Assembly (NCBI GenBank): GCA_965116925.1
Contig: OZ220744.1
Location: 3,392,001-3,456,000, forward strand
Origin: Candidatus Poribacteria bacterium
Lineage (GTDB): Bacteria; Poribacteria; WGA-4E; PCPOR2b
Reading direction: 5' to 3'
DNA: 64,000 nt
The notes beneath the pieces were generated by a model that saw only the letters and a program-made list of their open reading frames with translations, searched no databases and was not told the DNA's origin. Positions 52,876 through 63,164 of the stretch are shown one piece after another. How positions within the stretch are numbered: the stretch's first letter is position 1; each line of letters starts with the position of its first letter. The position numbers and the translations under genes were made by a program.

Positions 52876-53131
52876 GGTACAATTCACTGATGAAGCGGCA
52901 ACGCATTACAACGCGCTTGATGCCAATATGAAGAGGCGAGTAAATGGGGCGATTGATCTGTTAGCTCAGAATCCGCTCTTTGGGCGGAACATCGTCAAGT
53001 TGAAGGGAGCGTACGCAGGACAATATAGATACCGCGTCGGAAGTTACCGTATTGTTTACAGTGTGGACACGCAACGTCAAATCTGTATCATCAAAGGTAT
53101 TTACCGACGCAGCAGAGCCTATCGCCCCTAA
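52856..53131 (+). CDS. RelE/ParE family toxin
   Basis: V.F...A, KLKG...YRYRVG.YRIVY and I..R..AY motifs. Confidence 0.9.
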   Translation: MLDRTFEVQFTDEAATHYNALDANMKRRVNGAIDLLAQNPLFGRNIVKLKGAYAGQYRYRVGSYRIVYSVDTQRQICIIKGIYRRSRAYRP

Positions 53132-53198
53132 TTTAATGGAGAACATAGATTCAACGAATTTAATCTGTGTAATATCTTCAACAGAAAGGAAAATCCTT

Positions 53199-54401
53199 AT
53201 GCTATCCAAGCAGGACAGAACAAGATTCAGATGTATCTCAGTCTACGGCATTTTTATATTACTTTTCTTATTAACCGTTTCCTTATTCGGGTGCGATGTG
53301 ATTCAACAGCTTGTATCACCCGACACCCCCGACGACATGGCTTCAGTCAAAATCGGTTTCATTTATAGCCCACCCGATCCGGGGACAACTCGGAACGGTG
53401 CCGAGTTAGCGGTTGCCCTTGCTAACGAGGCAGGGGGCATCAACGGAGTGCCGATAGAGCTGCTCATTATGGATGATCAGCGCGATCCGTCAATCGGCGT
53501 CCAACGCGCACAGGAGCTAATTGATGCGGGGGTATTGGCAATCGTCGGACCGGACTACAGTGTGATCGCTGTGGAAGTCGGAGCGGTTGCCCAGCAGTAC
53601 GGTATACCGATGGTAACCACCTATCCGACGAACCCAAACGTGACGAGAAACGGGAACTTTTCCTTTATGGGTGCTTTCATAGATCCCTATCAGGCGAGTG
53701 TGATGGCGAATTTTGCGATCCAGGAGTTGGGCGCAACGACCGCTGCAATCCTCACAGAAACAGATAACAGCTACTCTGAAGGTTTATCGAATACTTTCAT
53801 TGAACGATTTATCGCGCTAGGCGGTACAATTGCGGCTCAACAGTTTTATGAGGCAGATGCCACTGATTTTACCGAGCAATTGACGGCAATTGTTGCGATA
53901 GACTCACCCGTTGATGTTGTCTTTTTGCCCAGCTTGGGTCCCGAATTCCCGTTGGCAGTTAAACAGGCAAAATCTCCTGCATTTGGTATGACTGCCACCT
54001 TCCTTGGCGGCGATGGTTGGGATCGACCGGACTTAGTTGAAATTGGCGGGATGGCGCTTGAAGGGAGTTTCTTTGCAAATCACTTTTCGCCCGGCGGACC
54101 GCCAGAGCGGTTAAGTGAGGCGGCACGTCAATTTATTGTCGCCTATACGACACAATTTGGTATCGCACCCGACGGTCCTGCGTCACTCGGCTACGATGCT
54201 GCCACCATTATCATTGAAGCGATGCGGCGGTCCGCTGACCTGACGCCCGTGGTGATTCGCGACCAAATTGAGGCGACTCAGAACTATAGCGGGGCGACAG
54301 TCCTATCGCATTTTGATGAGAATCGACATGCAATCAAAAGTTTGGTTGTCAACACCGTTAAAGAGGGAAAGATACAATTCCATCAACTTCTATTACTGTA
54401 A
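53199..54401 (+). CDS. Branched-chain amino acid-type ABC substrate-binding lipoprotein
   Basis: LFGC lipobox; GAELAV..AN.AGGING, GGDGWD and LGYDA motifs. Confidence 0.88.
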   Translation: MLSKQDRTRFRCISVYGIFILLFLLTVSLFGCDVIQQLVSPDTPDDMASVKIGFIYSPPDPGTTRNGAELAVALANEAGGINGVPIELLIMDDQRDPSIGVQRAQELIDAGVLAIVGPDYSVIAVEVGAVAQQYGIPMVTTYPTNPNVTRNGNFSFMGAFIDPYQASVMANFAIQELGATTAAILTETDNSYSEGLSNTFIERFIALGGTIAAQQFYEADATDFTEQLTAIVAIDSPVDVVFLPSLGPEFPLAVKQAKSPAFGMTATFLGGDGWDRPDLVEIGGMALEGSFFANHFSPGGPPERLSEAARQFIVAYTTQFGIAPDGPASLGYDAATIIIEAMRRSADLTPVVIRDQIEATQNYSGATVLSHFDENRHAIKSLVVNTVKEGKIQFHQLLLL

Positions 54402-54420
54402 CCATCGCGGCGGAAAAATC

Positions 54421-54819
54421 ATGACGACACAAAACCGATCCAAACCCCAAACCGATGAGCAGTCGAAGGAACCCACTTCACAGCTGCCGGATACCACACC
54501 CGCTCAGCCGATCGAAGAGCAGCCTGACCAAGATTCGTCAAACCTGAAGGTGATTGAGAGTCCGCTTGAGCATCGACTCTTGGAAATGGAATCGCAAGTC
54601 ACCCACAAATTGGATACGATGCAATCCAAAATAGATAGCAGCTTTTCAGGATTGCGCGACGATATCTCCGACTTGAACGATTCCCTCAACGAGTCAATGG
54701 ATCGACTCGAAAACTCGGTAGATCGATTCACCACGACGGTGAAATGGTATATTGTGATAGCCGGGGGAACCGCGGTTGTTGTGATCGCGTTGTTACTGTG
54801 GAATGTTTTCTTTGACTAG
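54421..54819 (+). CDS. Hypothetical coiled-coil protein with C-terminal TM helix
   Basis: ORF composition only. Confidence 0.65.
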   Translation: MTTQNRSKPQTDEQSKEPTSQLPDTTPAQPIEEQPDQDSSNLKVIESPLEHRLLEMESQVTHKLDTMQSKIDSSFSGLRDDISDLNDSLNESMDRLENSVDRFTTTVKWYIVIAGGTAVVVIALLLWNVFFD

Positions 54820-55141
54820 GGTGTGTTGACACTTTGAAGCTGCTCATTCGGCAAACGCTGTAATCACCAGCCAATCTGCCAAATGTAGCGCGAACTGTTA
54901 GTTTGCAGGCTGGGATCACAATCTAACAGATCGTGGTACAGAGGGAGATTGTAGGTCGAGATTCATATCTCAACACCGAAACGTTGATTTTGGACAATCA
55001 ACCGACAGAAGTTCAAAATCGTCTCTGATACGTGACCACAGGGTTGGGAAACCCAACCCCTACGAAGGAGCATGTGTCTGTGCACACCCCTCAATTATCT
55101 GATTGCGATGAGATGTCAACAGAACCTAATGGAGAAACAAA

Positions 55142-55981
55142 ATGGATCCCACAAATACAGACAAAAATTGGAAAACCGAAACGACGGTCACCGATGACGA
55201 GGTGGCTTTCTACAATGAGAACGGCTACCTCAAATATGGCAGGATCTTCACGCAGGGGGAATTGGACGAACTGCGCGATTACGTAGACGACATGATCGCA
55301 TCGCTCCCCGAAGGCAAACGCCCGGAACAGATGGACGTGCCGCACGTCGAGCACCCCTACCTATTCAAATACCTCGCAGACCCGCGTGTGCTAGATGTAA
55401 TTGAACGGTTCATCGGACCCGATATCCTCCTCTGGTCAAGCCACTTTATCAGCAAACGGACAAGCGACGGGCTGGCGGTGCCGTGGCATCAGGACGGCGT
55501 TTACTGGGGCGAACGGTTGCAACCGATGCACGTCATCACGATGTGGTTGGCGGTGGACGAATCAATGCTTGAAAACGGTTGTATGCGCGTGATTGCTGGC
55601 AGCCATAAACTCACGGATCGGCGGTACGAGAACGTGGATAGCGAAAAGCACCTGTTTGGCAGAGAGGTCATCGCCGAAGATCTGGACGAGTCAAAAGTTG
55701 TCGATCTGGAACTGTCGGTCGGCGAATGCCATTTCCACGATGCGTTCACCATCCACGGCTCCGCACCGAACACTTCACAGAAACGTCGGTGCGGCTACAC
55801 GATGCGGTATATGCCGGCGGATGTCCGCTGCAATGACCCTTCATTGAGACCGAGCCATCACATCTATCTCCTGCGCGGTGAGGATCGAACAGACGGTTTC
55901 AACACCTATACGCCTATACCGGATTTTCTTGAGACAAAAAAACACAATGTAGGACAAAAAAGCGTGAAACGTGATGCGTAA
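55142..55981 (+). CDS. PhyH family dioxygenase
   Basis: FY.ENGY, WHQD, ENGCM.VI.GSH and IHGS.PN.S..RR motifs. Confidence 0.92.
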   Translation: MDPTNTDKNWKTETTVTDDEVAFYNENGYLKYGRIFTQGELDELRDYVDDMIASLPEGKRPEQMDVPHVEHPYLFKYLADPRVLDVIERFIGPDILLWSSHFISKRTSDGLAVPWHQDGVYWGERLQPMHVITMWLAVDESMLENGCMRVIAGSHKLTDRRYENVDSEKHLFGREVIAEDLDESKVVDLELSVGECHFHDAFTIHGSAPNTSQKRRCGYTMRYMPADVRCNDPSLRPSHHIYLLRGEDRTDGFNTYTPIPDFLETKKHNVGQKSVKRDA

Positions 55982-56263
55982 AACGTGAAAAATGCACTAA
56001 TGAACCAATGAACTATAGTAGATTTTAGAATTAATGGGACACGCCAAACCGGTGCGGTTACATGAAAATTAAAAAAATAATTCGGTAATTTGCTAGCGAT
56101 GCCGGCGCGGTTGAAAACCGCGCCTACCGTATGTTTCGAGGAAAATAGGGATTACCGATTTAAATACTTAAACTTCATCAAACCGCACCTACCGGGGGGC
56201 GCGAGTGTTTCTTTATTTCTTGAATTCACTATAAATCAGTTTCTATCTTATAGGTTACCCATC

Positions 56264-56752
56264 ATGCCAAACGAAAAGATTTATACTCGGAATGAACTGG
56301 TCGAAATTGTTCAGCAATTGAAAGCGGACGGCAAAGTTGTCGTGACGACCAACGGCTGCTTCGATGTGCTACATGTCGGTCATCTCCGTTACCTGCAAGC
56401 CGCACAGGCACTCGGCGACCTCCTCGTTGTCGGTGTCAACAGCGATGATTCTGTCCGCGTACTCAAAGGGGAGAACCGTCCCCTCGTCCCCGCAGACGAA
56501 CGCGCCGAGATGCTCGCCGGCTTGGGGTGTGTCGATTATGTCACGATTTTCCCCGAACTCGATCCGGTTGATCTGTTATCTGCCATCAAGCCGAACATCC
56601 ACGTCAAAGGCGGCGATTACACAATCGAACGGGTCATCGAGCGGGAGGCTGTCGAATCGAACGGGGGCAAAGTAATCCTTGGGTTGAACGTGCCGGGCAA
56701 ATCGACCACCGATCTCGTCGAAACAATCCGTGAAAGGTATAGTGACGCGTGA
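56264..56752 (+). CDS. rfaE2: D-glycero-beta-D-manno-heptose 1-phosphate adenylyltransferase
   Basis: TNGCFDVLHVGH, VGVNSD.SV..LKG..RP, KGGDY and STT motifs. Confidence 0.92.
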   Translation: MPNEKIYTRNELVEIVQQLKADGKVVVTTNGCFDVLHVGHLRYLQAAQALGDLLVVGVNSDDSVRVLKGENRPLVPADERAEMLAGLGCVDYVTIFPELDPVDLLSAIKPNIHVKGGDYTIERVIEREAVESNGGKVILGLNVPGKSTTDLVETIRERYSDA

Positions 56753-57021
56753 AACGTGATGCGTGACATGACCAGTGAGTGGATTGTAGGCCGAGATTCA
56801 TATCTCGACACCGAAAGCCGATTTTGGAAAATCAACTACAGAATCCCGAAATCGGCTCTGACGTATGAACAACGGGTTGGGAGACCCAACCCCTACGAAG
56901 GACTGTGGTTCTGTGCACACCTCTAAATCGCTATGACGGACAACAGGGAAGCTGCTATTGAGTACGCAACACTGTTTTTTTCTTCCTTAGTCAAATTTGC
57001 TAGGACACCGGATATTAAGTA

Positions 57022-57225
57022 TTTATTAGAAATTTATTAAAGCTTTATTAGACGATTGTGGATAACTCATCGGGCTCAATAACCACAAGGGTTTCAGCCG
57101 TTTTATTTTTTAGGATTTTGACATCGTTGTCAAAATTGTGACACCGGCGTCAAAGCTGAGACAAGCATATCAAAACTGGGACACCGGTGTCAAACATAGG
57201 CAAATTGTGGATAACCTGTGGATAA
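57022..57225. promoter_or_regulatory. DnaA-box cluster with AT-rich repeats (oriC-like or DnaA titration site)
   Basis: Perfect TGTGGATAA at 57057, 57206 and 57217; three TTTATTA repeats at 57022-57052; four 20-bp repeats at 57120-57199. Confidence 0.6.
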
Positions 57226-57488
57226 CTTTGCCTGAAACGCAAAGTAGTAGGCATACTCCGTATGCCGTAACCGCAGTTAAACCAATGCACAAATGAACCA
57301 ATTTATAGTGGACCTTAGAATTAATGAGACACTCCAAATCGGGAGGTTAGGAAAACGAAGATACCGTTCTACCGTTTGGTAGGCGCTGTTTATAACTGCG
57401 CCGATGCGGTGCGGTTACAAACCGCACCTACCGGGTGGCAAAAGTGTCTATTTATTTTTTAATTTCAATTTAGAAAGGAACTCATAGG

Positions 57489-58973
57489 ATGCAAATTGAT
57501 GTCAAAGTTGGAGATTTCAGGACAGAAACCGCCGATGCTATCGTATTCGGGGTATTTGAGGGAGAACCCCTCGTCAGCGTCGCGCAAACCGCTGATGCAG
57601 CGACGGAGGGCGCGATTAGCGAACTGATTGATGCTGGCGACTTCAAAGGTGAACACAAACAGACCGCGCTACTCTACACTAGAGGGGCAATCACCGCCTC
57701 ACGGATCGCGCTGGTCGGTTTGGGAAAAAACGAGGAGTTGGATCCAGAGAAGGTGCGTCAGGCAGCGGGCAAAGTTGTCCAAGAACTTCGAGATCTGGGA
57801 CTAAAAAACATCACGGTTTCGTTGCCACCAGAGACCCCACCAGAGATAGCACAGGCAGCCGCCGAAGCGAGTCGGCTCGCGCTCTACCAATTCAATCAGC
57901 ACAAGACGCAAGACCTTGACAAGATCAAAGCACTTGACTCTATCACCTTCTTGGTAACGGACGAAGCGACTCGGTCGATGGTCGAAGGAAGCGTTGCTAT
58001 CGGTGATGCGATTGCGAACGGGACCAACCTCGCCCGTGATCTGAGCAACCAACCGCCGAACCACTTGACCCCAACGATGCTCGCTGACAAGGCGGTTGAG
58101 GTCGCAAATGAGGTGGGGTTGAAATGCGAAGTCTTTGATCTCGCACAACTCCAAGAGAAGGGGTTTCGCACACTGCTCGGTGTGTCTCAAGGGAGTGCCG
58201 AAGAACCGCGATTTATCGTCTTGGAACATATCCCCGAAGGTGAGGGGAAGGACACCGTTGCGTTTGTCGGGAAAGCCATCACCTTCGATAGCGGTGGGCT
58301 GTCGCTCAAGTCTGGCTCCGGTATGATGGACATGAAGCACGATATGTCCGGCGCAGCGGCGGTGCTTGGTGCGATGCAGGTGGTCGGTACTCTTAAACCG
58401 GATCTCCATGTCGTTGGGCTGATCGCAGCGAGCGAAAATATGCCGAGCGCGACCGCCCAGCGACCGGGCGATGTTGTCGAGAGCTACGGGGGCAAAACAA
58501 TCGAGATCCTCAATACGGACGCGGAAGGTCGGCTGGTATTGGCGGATGCGTTGGGCTATGCCGCCCAGTATAATCCGAAGGCGGCGATAGATCTGGCAAC
58601 CCTGACGGGGGCTGTCATCACCGCTTTGGGAAATATTGCCTGCGGGATGATGGGGACGGACGACCCTTTGATGGATAAAGTCAGAGCCGCTGCAGAGAAA
58701 ACGCATGAGCGGGTGTGGGAGCTCCCCCTGTGGGACGATTACAACGAACTAATCAAAAGCGATGTCGCTGACGTCAAAAATATCGGCGACAGCACAGCAG
58801 GTACGATCGTCGGCGGGGCGTTCCTGAAGAAGTTTGCGGAGGGCTATCCGTGGGTGCATCTTGACATCGCCGGTACAGCCTGGGATGTCAAAGGGTCGTC
58901 GTATGTTCCCAGCAAGGGCGGTACTGGATACGGGGTGCGGTTGCTGGTGCAGTTCGCACGCGATTGGACTTAA
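57489..58973 (+). CDS. pepA: Leucyl aminopeptidase (M17)
   Basis: VGK.ITFDSGG, MK.DM.GAA, NTDAEGRL.LAD and HLDIAG motifs. Confidence 0.96.
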   Translation: MQIDVKVGDFRTETADAIVFGVFEGEPLVSVAQTADAATEGAISELIDAGDFKGEHKQTALLYTRGAITASRIALVGLGKNEELDPEKVRQAAGKVVQELRDLGLKNITVSLPPETPPEIAQAAAEASRLALYQFNQHKTQDLDKIKALDSITFLVTDEATRSMVEGSVAIGDAIANGTNLARDLSNQPPNHLTPTMLADKAVEVANEVGLKCEVFDLAQLQEKGFRTLLGVSQGSAEEPRFIVLEHIPEGEGKDTVAFVGKAITFDSGGLSLKSGSGMMDMKHDMSGAAAVLGAMQVVGTLKPDLHVVGLIAASENMPSATAQRPGDVVESYGGKTIEILNTDAEGRLVLADALGYAAQYNPKAAIDLATLTGAVITALGNIACGMMGTDDPLMDKVRAAAEKTHERVWELPLWDDYNELIKSDVADVKNIGDSTAGTIVGGAFLKKFAEGYPWVHLDIAGTAWDVKGSSYVPSKGGTGYGVRLLVQFARDWT

Positions 58974-59100
58974 GGAAGCGTCCCGATGAAAAACGGAGTT
59001 GGGTTTCACTCTATCTGTCTAGAAGCAGGTGTTGTTGGACGCCGGAGTCTCTATTGGACTTGATAGGGATTGACGGTTAACCGTTCAACCCAACCTACGG

Positions 59101-59266
59101 ACTGTTAGTTTGCAGGTGAGGATCACAATCTAACAGATCGTGGTACAAAGGTAGATTGTAGGTCGAGATTCATATCTCGACAAAACTGTTAGTTTGCAGG
59201 TGGGGATCACAATCTAACAGATCGTGGTACAAAGGTAGATTGTAGGTCGAGATTCATATCTCGACA
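59101..59266. repeat. Two tandem 84-bp units made of REP-like hairpins
   Basis: Units start at 59101 and 59185 and are nearly identical. Related composites at 54885-54975, 63745-63835 (reverse) and 31643-31700. Confidence 0.85.
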
Positions 59267-59311
59267 TAAGACTCATATCCAAAGGTCTCCGACAATGGAG
59301 GAGAGGCAATT

Positions 59312-59854
59312 ATGCTGCTGCGCTTTGTCTGTGTTGCGTACCTGTCACTCCTACTATCCGGGTGCGCTGCTCCCATACCTCAACTTGACGTGACGCCCGA
59401 ACAGATGAACGGGATCGATCGGTTGATTGGCGAGAACTTCTTAACCTTTCACGCCGATATCGAGCCGATACTGGGAGAAGCGCGGAAAACGATAGAAAAC
59501 GACACGCCCACTTACGACTTTGGAGATAAATATCGGTTCAGAGGCTTAACCGCGGGCATTCTGAACGACAAAGTGGCAATGCTCTCGTTCTATGCTCATA
59601 GACGGCTCACCCCGCACGAAGCGATTTATGCGTTAGGCTATCGGGAGTTGCCCGAATTTAGTTGGATTGATGGTAGACCCGTGTATATGCTCAACACGGA
59701 GAACGGCAAGCGCATCTTCTTTATAGTCCAACAGTCAGGCTGGACATTTGTCCGCATCTTCTCCAATGCACTCGATGTAAAAAAGCATTTCAACCTACAA
59801 ATCACACCATTTCCATACCCGTCATTCTATTTTTCTGAATCCAACAATCGTTAG
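59312..59854 (+). CDS. Putative lipoprotein
   Basis: LSGC lipobox; GGAGG RBS. Confidence 0.75.
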   Translation: MLLRFVCVAYLSLLLSGCAAPIPQLDVTPEQMNGIDRLIGENFLTFHADIEPILGEARKTIENDTPTYDFGDKYRFRGLTAGILNDKVAMLSFYAHRRLTPHEAIYALGYRELPEFSWIDGRPVYMLNTENGKRIFFIVQQSGWTFVRIFSNALDVKKHFNLQITPFPYPSFYFSESNNR

Positions 59855-59894
59855 TTCATTGGTTCATTAGTTCATTGAGTTTGCTCATCATGTT

Positions 59895-60758
59895 TCATTG
59901 AATGACCTGAATCCCAAGCTCCGCTGCGGTCCGATGGAGGAAATCACTGACCTCCGGCAATTGTTCCTCTTGGGCACCTTCGACAATCAACGGATACTCT
60001 GGATCGAGCGCGTGCATTCGGCGGATATAGGCTTTGAAATCGAGCATTCCCGTTCCGGCTGCACAGGTCGGCAGGTGGAGGGTGTGTTCGTTGGTGAGCG
60101 TGATGTCCTTCGCATGGCCACTCACAATATGTTGACCGAGCGTGTCGAATATCCGATCGATGTATTCTCCGGTGTTGTAGACCGTTTTGAGCGTTACCCA
60201 GTTTGCCGGATCCAGATCAGATCTGACCCACGGTGAATCGACCGCATCAAGAATCTCCTTCGTGACCCTCTCATTTGCAAGCACGACGAGTTGATGCCCT
60301 TCTAGACTGAGGTAAACCTGATTATCCGCTGCTGCTTTCGCGCACTCCCGCAGACTCTTGATTAGCTGATCCTTGCTTTTTTGACTCCAGTTGTCGGGGT
60401 GCGGATTCCACGGTCCTGTTGGGTTCATCGATCCCGGTCCCGTGTCGATGCCACGCGCCCCAATATCGCCGGCAACTCGGAGTGCTTCCTGTACCGTACG
60501 CACCGCTTTCTTTCGCTCTGTCTCGTCGGGGTGGATCAAGCACTGCCAATAGCCCGTCGTTTGATACATCCGAATCCCCTCATCCGCTAGGACATCGCGG
60601 ACTCGGTGGCATTGGGCGGTTGTTGTTTCAAATGGATCGTTCTCTCGAAAACGGGTGAACACCCCTGAAAATCCGAAGGATCTGGCCTTCTTTGCAATCT
60701 CCGGTGTGAAGTCATCCATATTACTCGGCAAAAATGTTCCGCTCATTCCAAAACGCAT
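59895..60758 (-). CDS. Sugar phosphate isomerase/epimerase (AP endonuclease 2 TIM barrel)
   Basis: LSLE, LDPAN, HAKD and G.G.LDF motifs. Confidence 0.88.
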   Translation of the reverse strand: MRFGMSGTFLPSNMDDFTPEIAKKARSFGFSGVFTRFRENDPFETTTAQCHRVRDVLADEGIRMYQTTGYWQCLIHPDETERKKAVRTVQEALRVAGDIGARGIDTGPGSMNPTGPWNPHPDNWSQKSKDQLIKSLRECAKAAADNQVYLSLEGHQLVVLANERVTKEILDAVDSPWVRSDLDPANWVTLKTVYNTGEYIDRIFDTLGQHIVSGHAKDITLTNEHTLHLPTCAAGTGMLDFKAYIRRMHALDPEYPLIVEGAQEEQLPEVSDFLHRTAAELGIQVIQ

Positions 60759-61204
60759 AGTTAGCTCCCTAAATTGGTTCAAGAGTTCATTGGTTCATTA
60801 TAGTGGATCCCAGAATTAATGAGACACCGTAGCGCGAAGTGTTAGTTTGCGATAGAGGATCACAATCTAAATGAAGATGAATTTATTAATTCGGTAATGT
60901 CCGGGCGATGTCCGGTGCGGTTAGAAACCGCACCTACCGGGCCTGGGGGAAAATATAGAATTACCGAAGTATTTTCTGAAACCTCATACAGATTGTGGTA
61001 CAAAAAACTTCTACTTTTAATGTCTATTTATTTTGGCTCATGTAAAAAGAAGGTGCAAAACACGAAGCGAAATCGTAGGGGCGGGGTCTCCCCGCTCGCC
61101 GTAAGGGTTGGGAGACCCAACCCCTACGAATATTCGGTTTCTTTGCACTAAATCTTAACATGAGCGTTTATTTTTATAATTCACTATAGTTCATTTTTCA
61201 CGTT

Positions 61205-61939
61205 TCATTCGTCCTGAATGACATGGGGACGATTACCGATAGAGGGTGGGGATAGAATCCGTTTTTGCTGTTCCGTCAACTCGCCAAACTCGCTGAGGTC
61301 GTAGAAGTTTCCAGACCATGCGGAGTGTCCGGGGCTGTATTTGTAGAGCAACGATCGGCGCTCGTGTGCTGCGCGCCACGGCATTGTCCCGTGGATGACC
61401 GCTTCGGTGAAGAAGATCACATCCCCAGCCTTGGCATCCGGCTGGACAACGTAATGTGCGTCCCTCTCGAAACTGCGTACGTCTGTGGGTAGATAGGTGG
61501 CGAAGTTACTCTTGTGGCTACCCGGTATGCACGAGAATCCGCCATCGCCTTCCCCGACATCGGATAGGCAGTAGGTCATCACAATCAGTCCATTTCGGAT
61601 GACCCCATCTCGGTATTTGTACCAGTGATCTCCTTCGGGTCCCCCGGCACGACCGCCATCCTCTCCGCCGTGCAATCTCCCGCGATGTTCGCCTTGACTC
61701 ATGAAGATAGCGTAATCGTGATCGAGGCGGAATGTGGGACCCAGCAATTCAATGAGGTAGGGCAGGATCTTCGGATGGTCAATCAGCTTCTTGAAGGGTG
61801 CACCCCAGCGCGTCGGATGGCCAGAGCGGTCCCCCTGATCAATGATCTTGTTCAGTTCGTCAACTTCGTTAGATGCCAGCACATCTTTGATGACCAGATA
61901 TCCTTCGAGATCGACGAGGAATTTTTCTTCGTTTGTCAT
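61205..61939 (-). CDS. PhyH family Fe/2OG enzyme with HxG in place of HxD
   Basis: DLEGYLVI, LHGG, DGGF..IPGSHK and AGDVIFFTEA..HG motifs. Confidence 0.85.
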   Translation of the reverse strand: MTNEEKFLVDLEGYLVIKDVLASNEVDELNKIIDQGDRSGHPTRWGAPFKKLIDHPKILPYLIELLGPTFRLDHDYAIFMSQGEHRGRLHGGEDGGRAGGPEGDHWYKYRDGVIRNGLIVMTYCLSDVGEGDGGFSCIPGSHKSNFATYLPTDVRSFERDAHYVVQPDAKAGDVIFFTEAVIHGTMPWRAAHERRSLLYKYSPGHSAWSGNFYDLSEFGELTEQQKRILSPPSIGNRPHVIQDE

Positions 61940-62357
61940 GATAAAAATCCTTTTCTTAAATCTGTGTGCTGCCAGCAATTTAGGCGATTGTAGGTCGATT
62001 TTGGAAAATCGACAGTCTTGCTGTAATCATCGGGCAATCAGACATAAGTAGTGCAAACTGTTAGTTTGCGGCAGAGGATCACAATCTAAATGAAGATAAA
62101 AAAAACAGTTCGGTAATTTGCTAGCGACACCAGCGCGGTTTCAAACCGCGCCTACCGTGTGTTTCGAGGAAAATCGGGATTACCGATTTAAATACTTAAA
62201 TCTCATACAGATTGTGGTACACATGTAGCGGAAAGTTCTGTGTCGAGACATGAATCTCGACCTACAGGTGCGAATGAATTACTATACACAGCGTAGACAC
62301 GCTCTGTCCTGCCATTATTTGCACAAGGGTTACGGCATACGGAGTATGCCTACTACT

Positions 62358-63164
62358 TTAACGCAGATCCTGCAACTGGGTGATAGGTCCCGTATTGCCG
62401 AAACCCAGCTCAATGGCTCGCTCCATCATCTTTTGGCGACGGGGACCTGCGGTCGAAATTAAACGGTCGCTGTAGAATCGTCCCCAACCCTTCGTTTCCC
62501 CAGCGAGAAAGGTCATAAGCCAGTCGAAATGTTCCCGGTTTTTCTCAGGCGTTGTGTTCGGGACACAGTTGATGTGGATAGCGCGTCTGCCATACTTGTC
62601 ACTCAGGGCGGCGTGATAGGTCTTGTGATTCATAAAGAGCACGTCCCCCGGTTCGTTGCAGAGCGGATAGCGTCCCGGCATCTCGTCGGGAAGCGCACCG
62701 AGTTCATCTCTCATCTGGTTGATTGCTTCCCCAAACTCCTTGAAATGGCTGCCGGGGATGACGGTCAGGCATCCATCTTCAGGACCGAGCGGATCCAGAT
62801 AGATCGCCGCCCGCATACTGAAGTAACCCTCCGGGGCGTAGGCATCGTGATGCCACGGGGAGCCGCCGGTATGGATAATCCCTTCGCTAAGGGTCAGGAT
62901 GAAGTCTTCGCCCATCAAGCCCTCAAAAATGTCTACGATTTTCTCATGGTCTAACAGAGGATAAAGCACTTCTGGGTGGTAGTCGAAGAAGGGGACAATC
63001 TGCTGTCTTTTTTCTCCCGGTTGCGGTGGTGGTGCGTCCTTGCGTGCCAACTGCATTCCTTCATCGAAGGCGTTGGAGATTACCGCCATCTCCTCCGGTG
63101 ACAGCAAGCCCTTGTACTGAATAAATCCGAACCGCTGAAAATATTTAATATCTTCCTGAGTCAT
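62358..63164 (-). CDS. PhyH family dioxygenase
   Basis: F..FGF, WHHD, GCL.VIPGSH and PGDV...H..YHA motifs. Confidence 0.88.
   Translation of the reverse strand: MTQEDIKYFQRFGFIQYKGLLSPEEMAVISNAFDEGMQLARKDAPPPQPGEKRQQIVPFFDYHPEVLYPLLDHEKIVDIFEGLMGEDFILTLSEGIIHTGGSPWHHDAYAPEGYFSMRAAIYLDPLGPEDGCLTVIPGSHFKEFGEAINQMRDELGALPDEMPGRYPLCNEPGDVLFMNHKTYHAALSDKYGRRAIHINCVPNTTPEKNREHFDWLMTFLAGETKGWGRFYSDRLISTAGPRRQKMMERAIELGFGNTGPITQLQDLR

Noticed and set aside
33000..53131. Prophage or classical integron
   Set aside because: No integrase, phage structural genes or recognisable attC sites.
56090..56263. N-terminal extensions of rfaE2, WD40 (18504), FRG (46027) and the ABC protein (53052)
   Set aside because: Extensions run through repeats or the upstream gene; downstream ATGs fit the families better.
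57120..57199. 20-bp repeats as a mini-CRISPR
   Set aside because: Units are contiguous with no spacer-length sequence between them.
59101..59266. Tandem palindromic repeats as a CRISPR array
   Set aside because: Only two units, no unique spacers and no cas genes; built from REP-like families found across the window.
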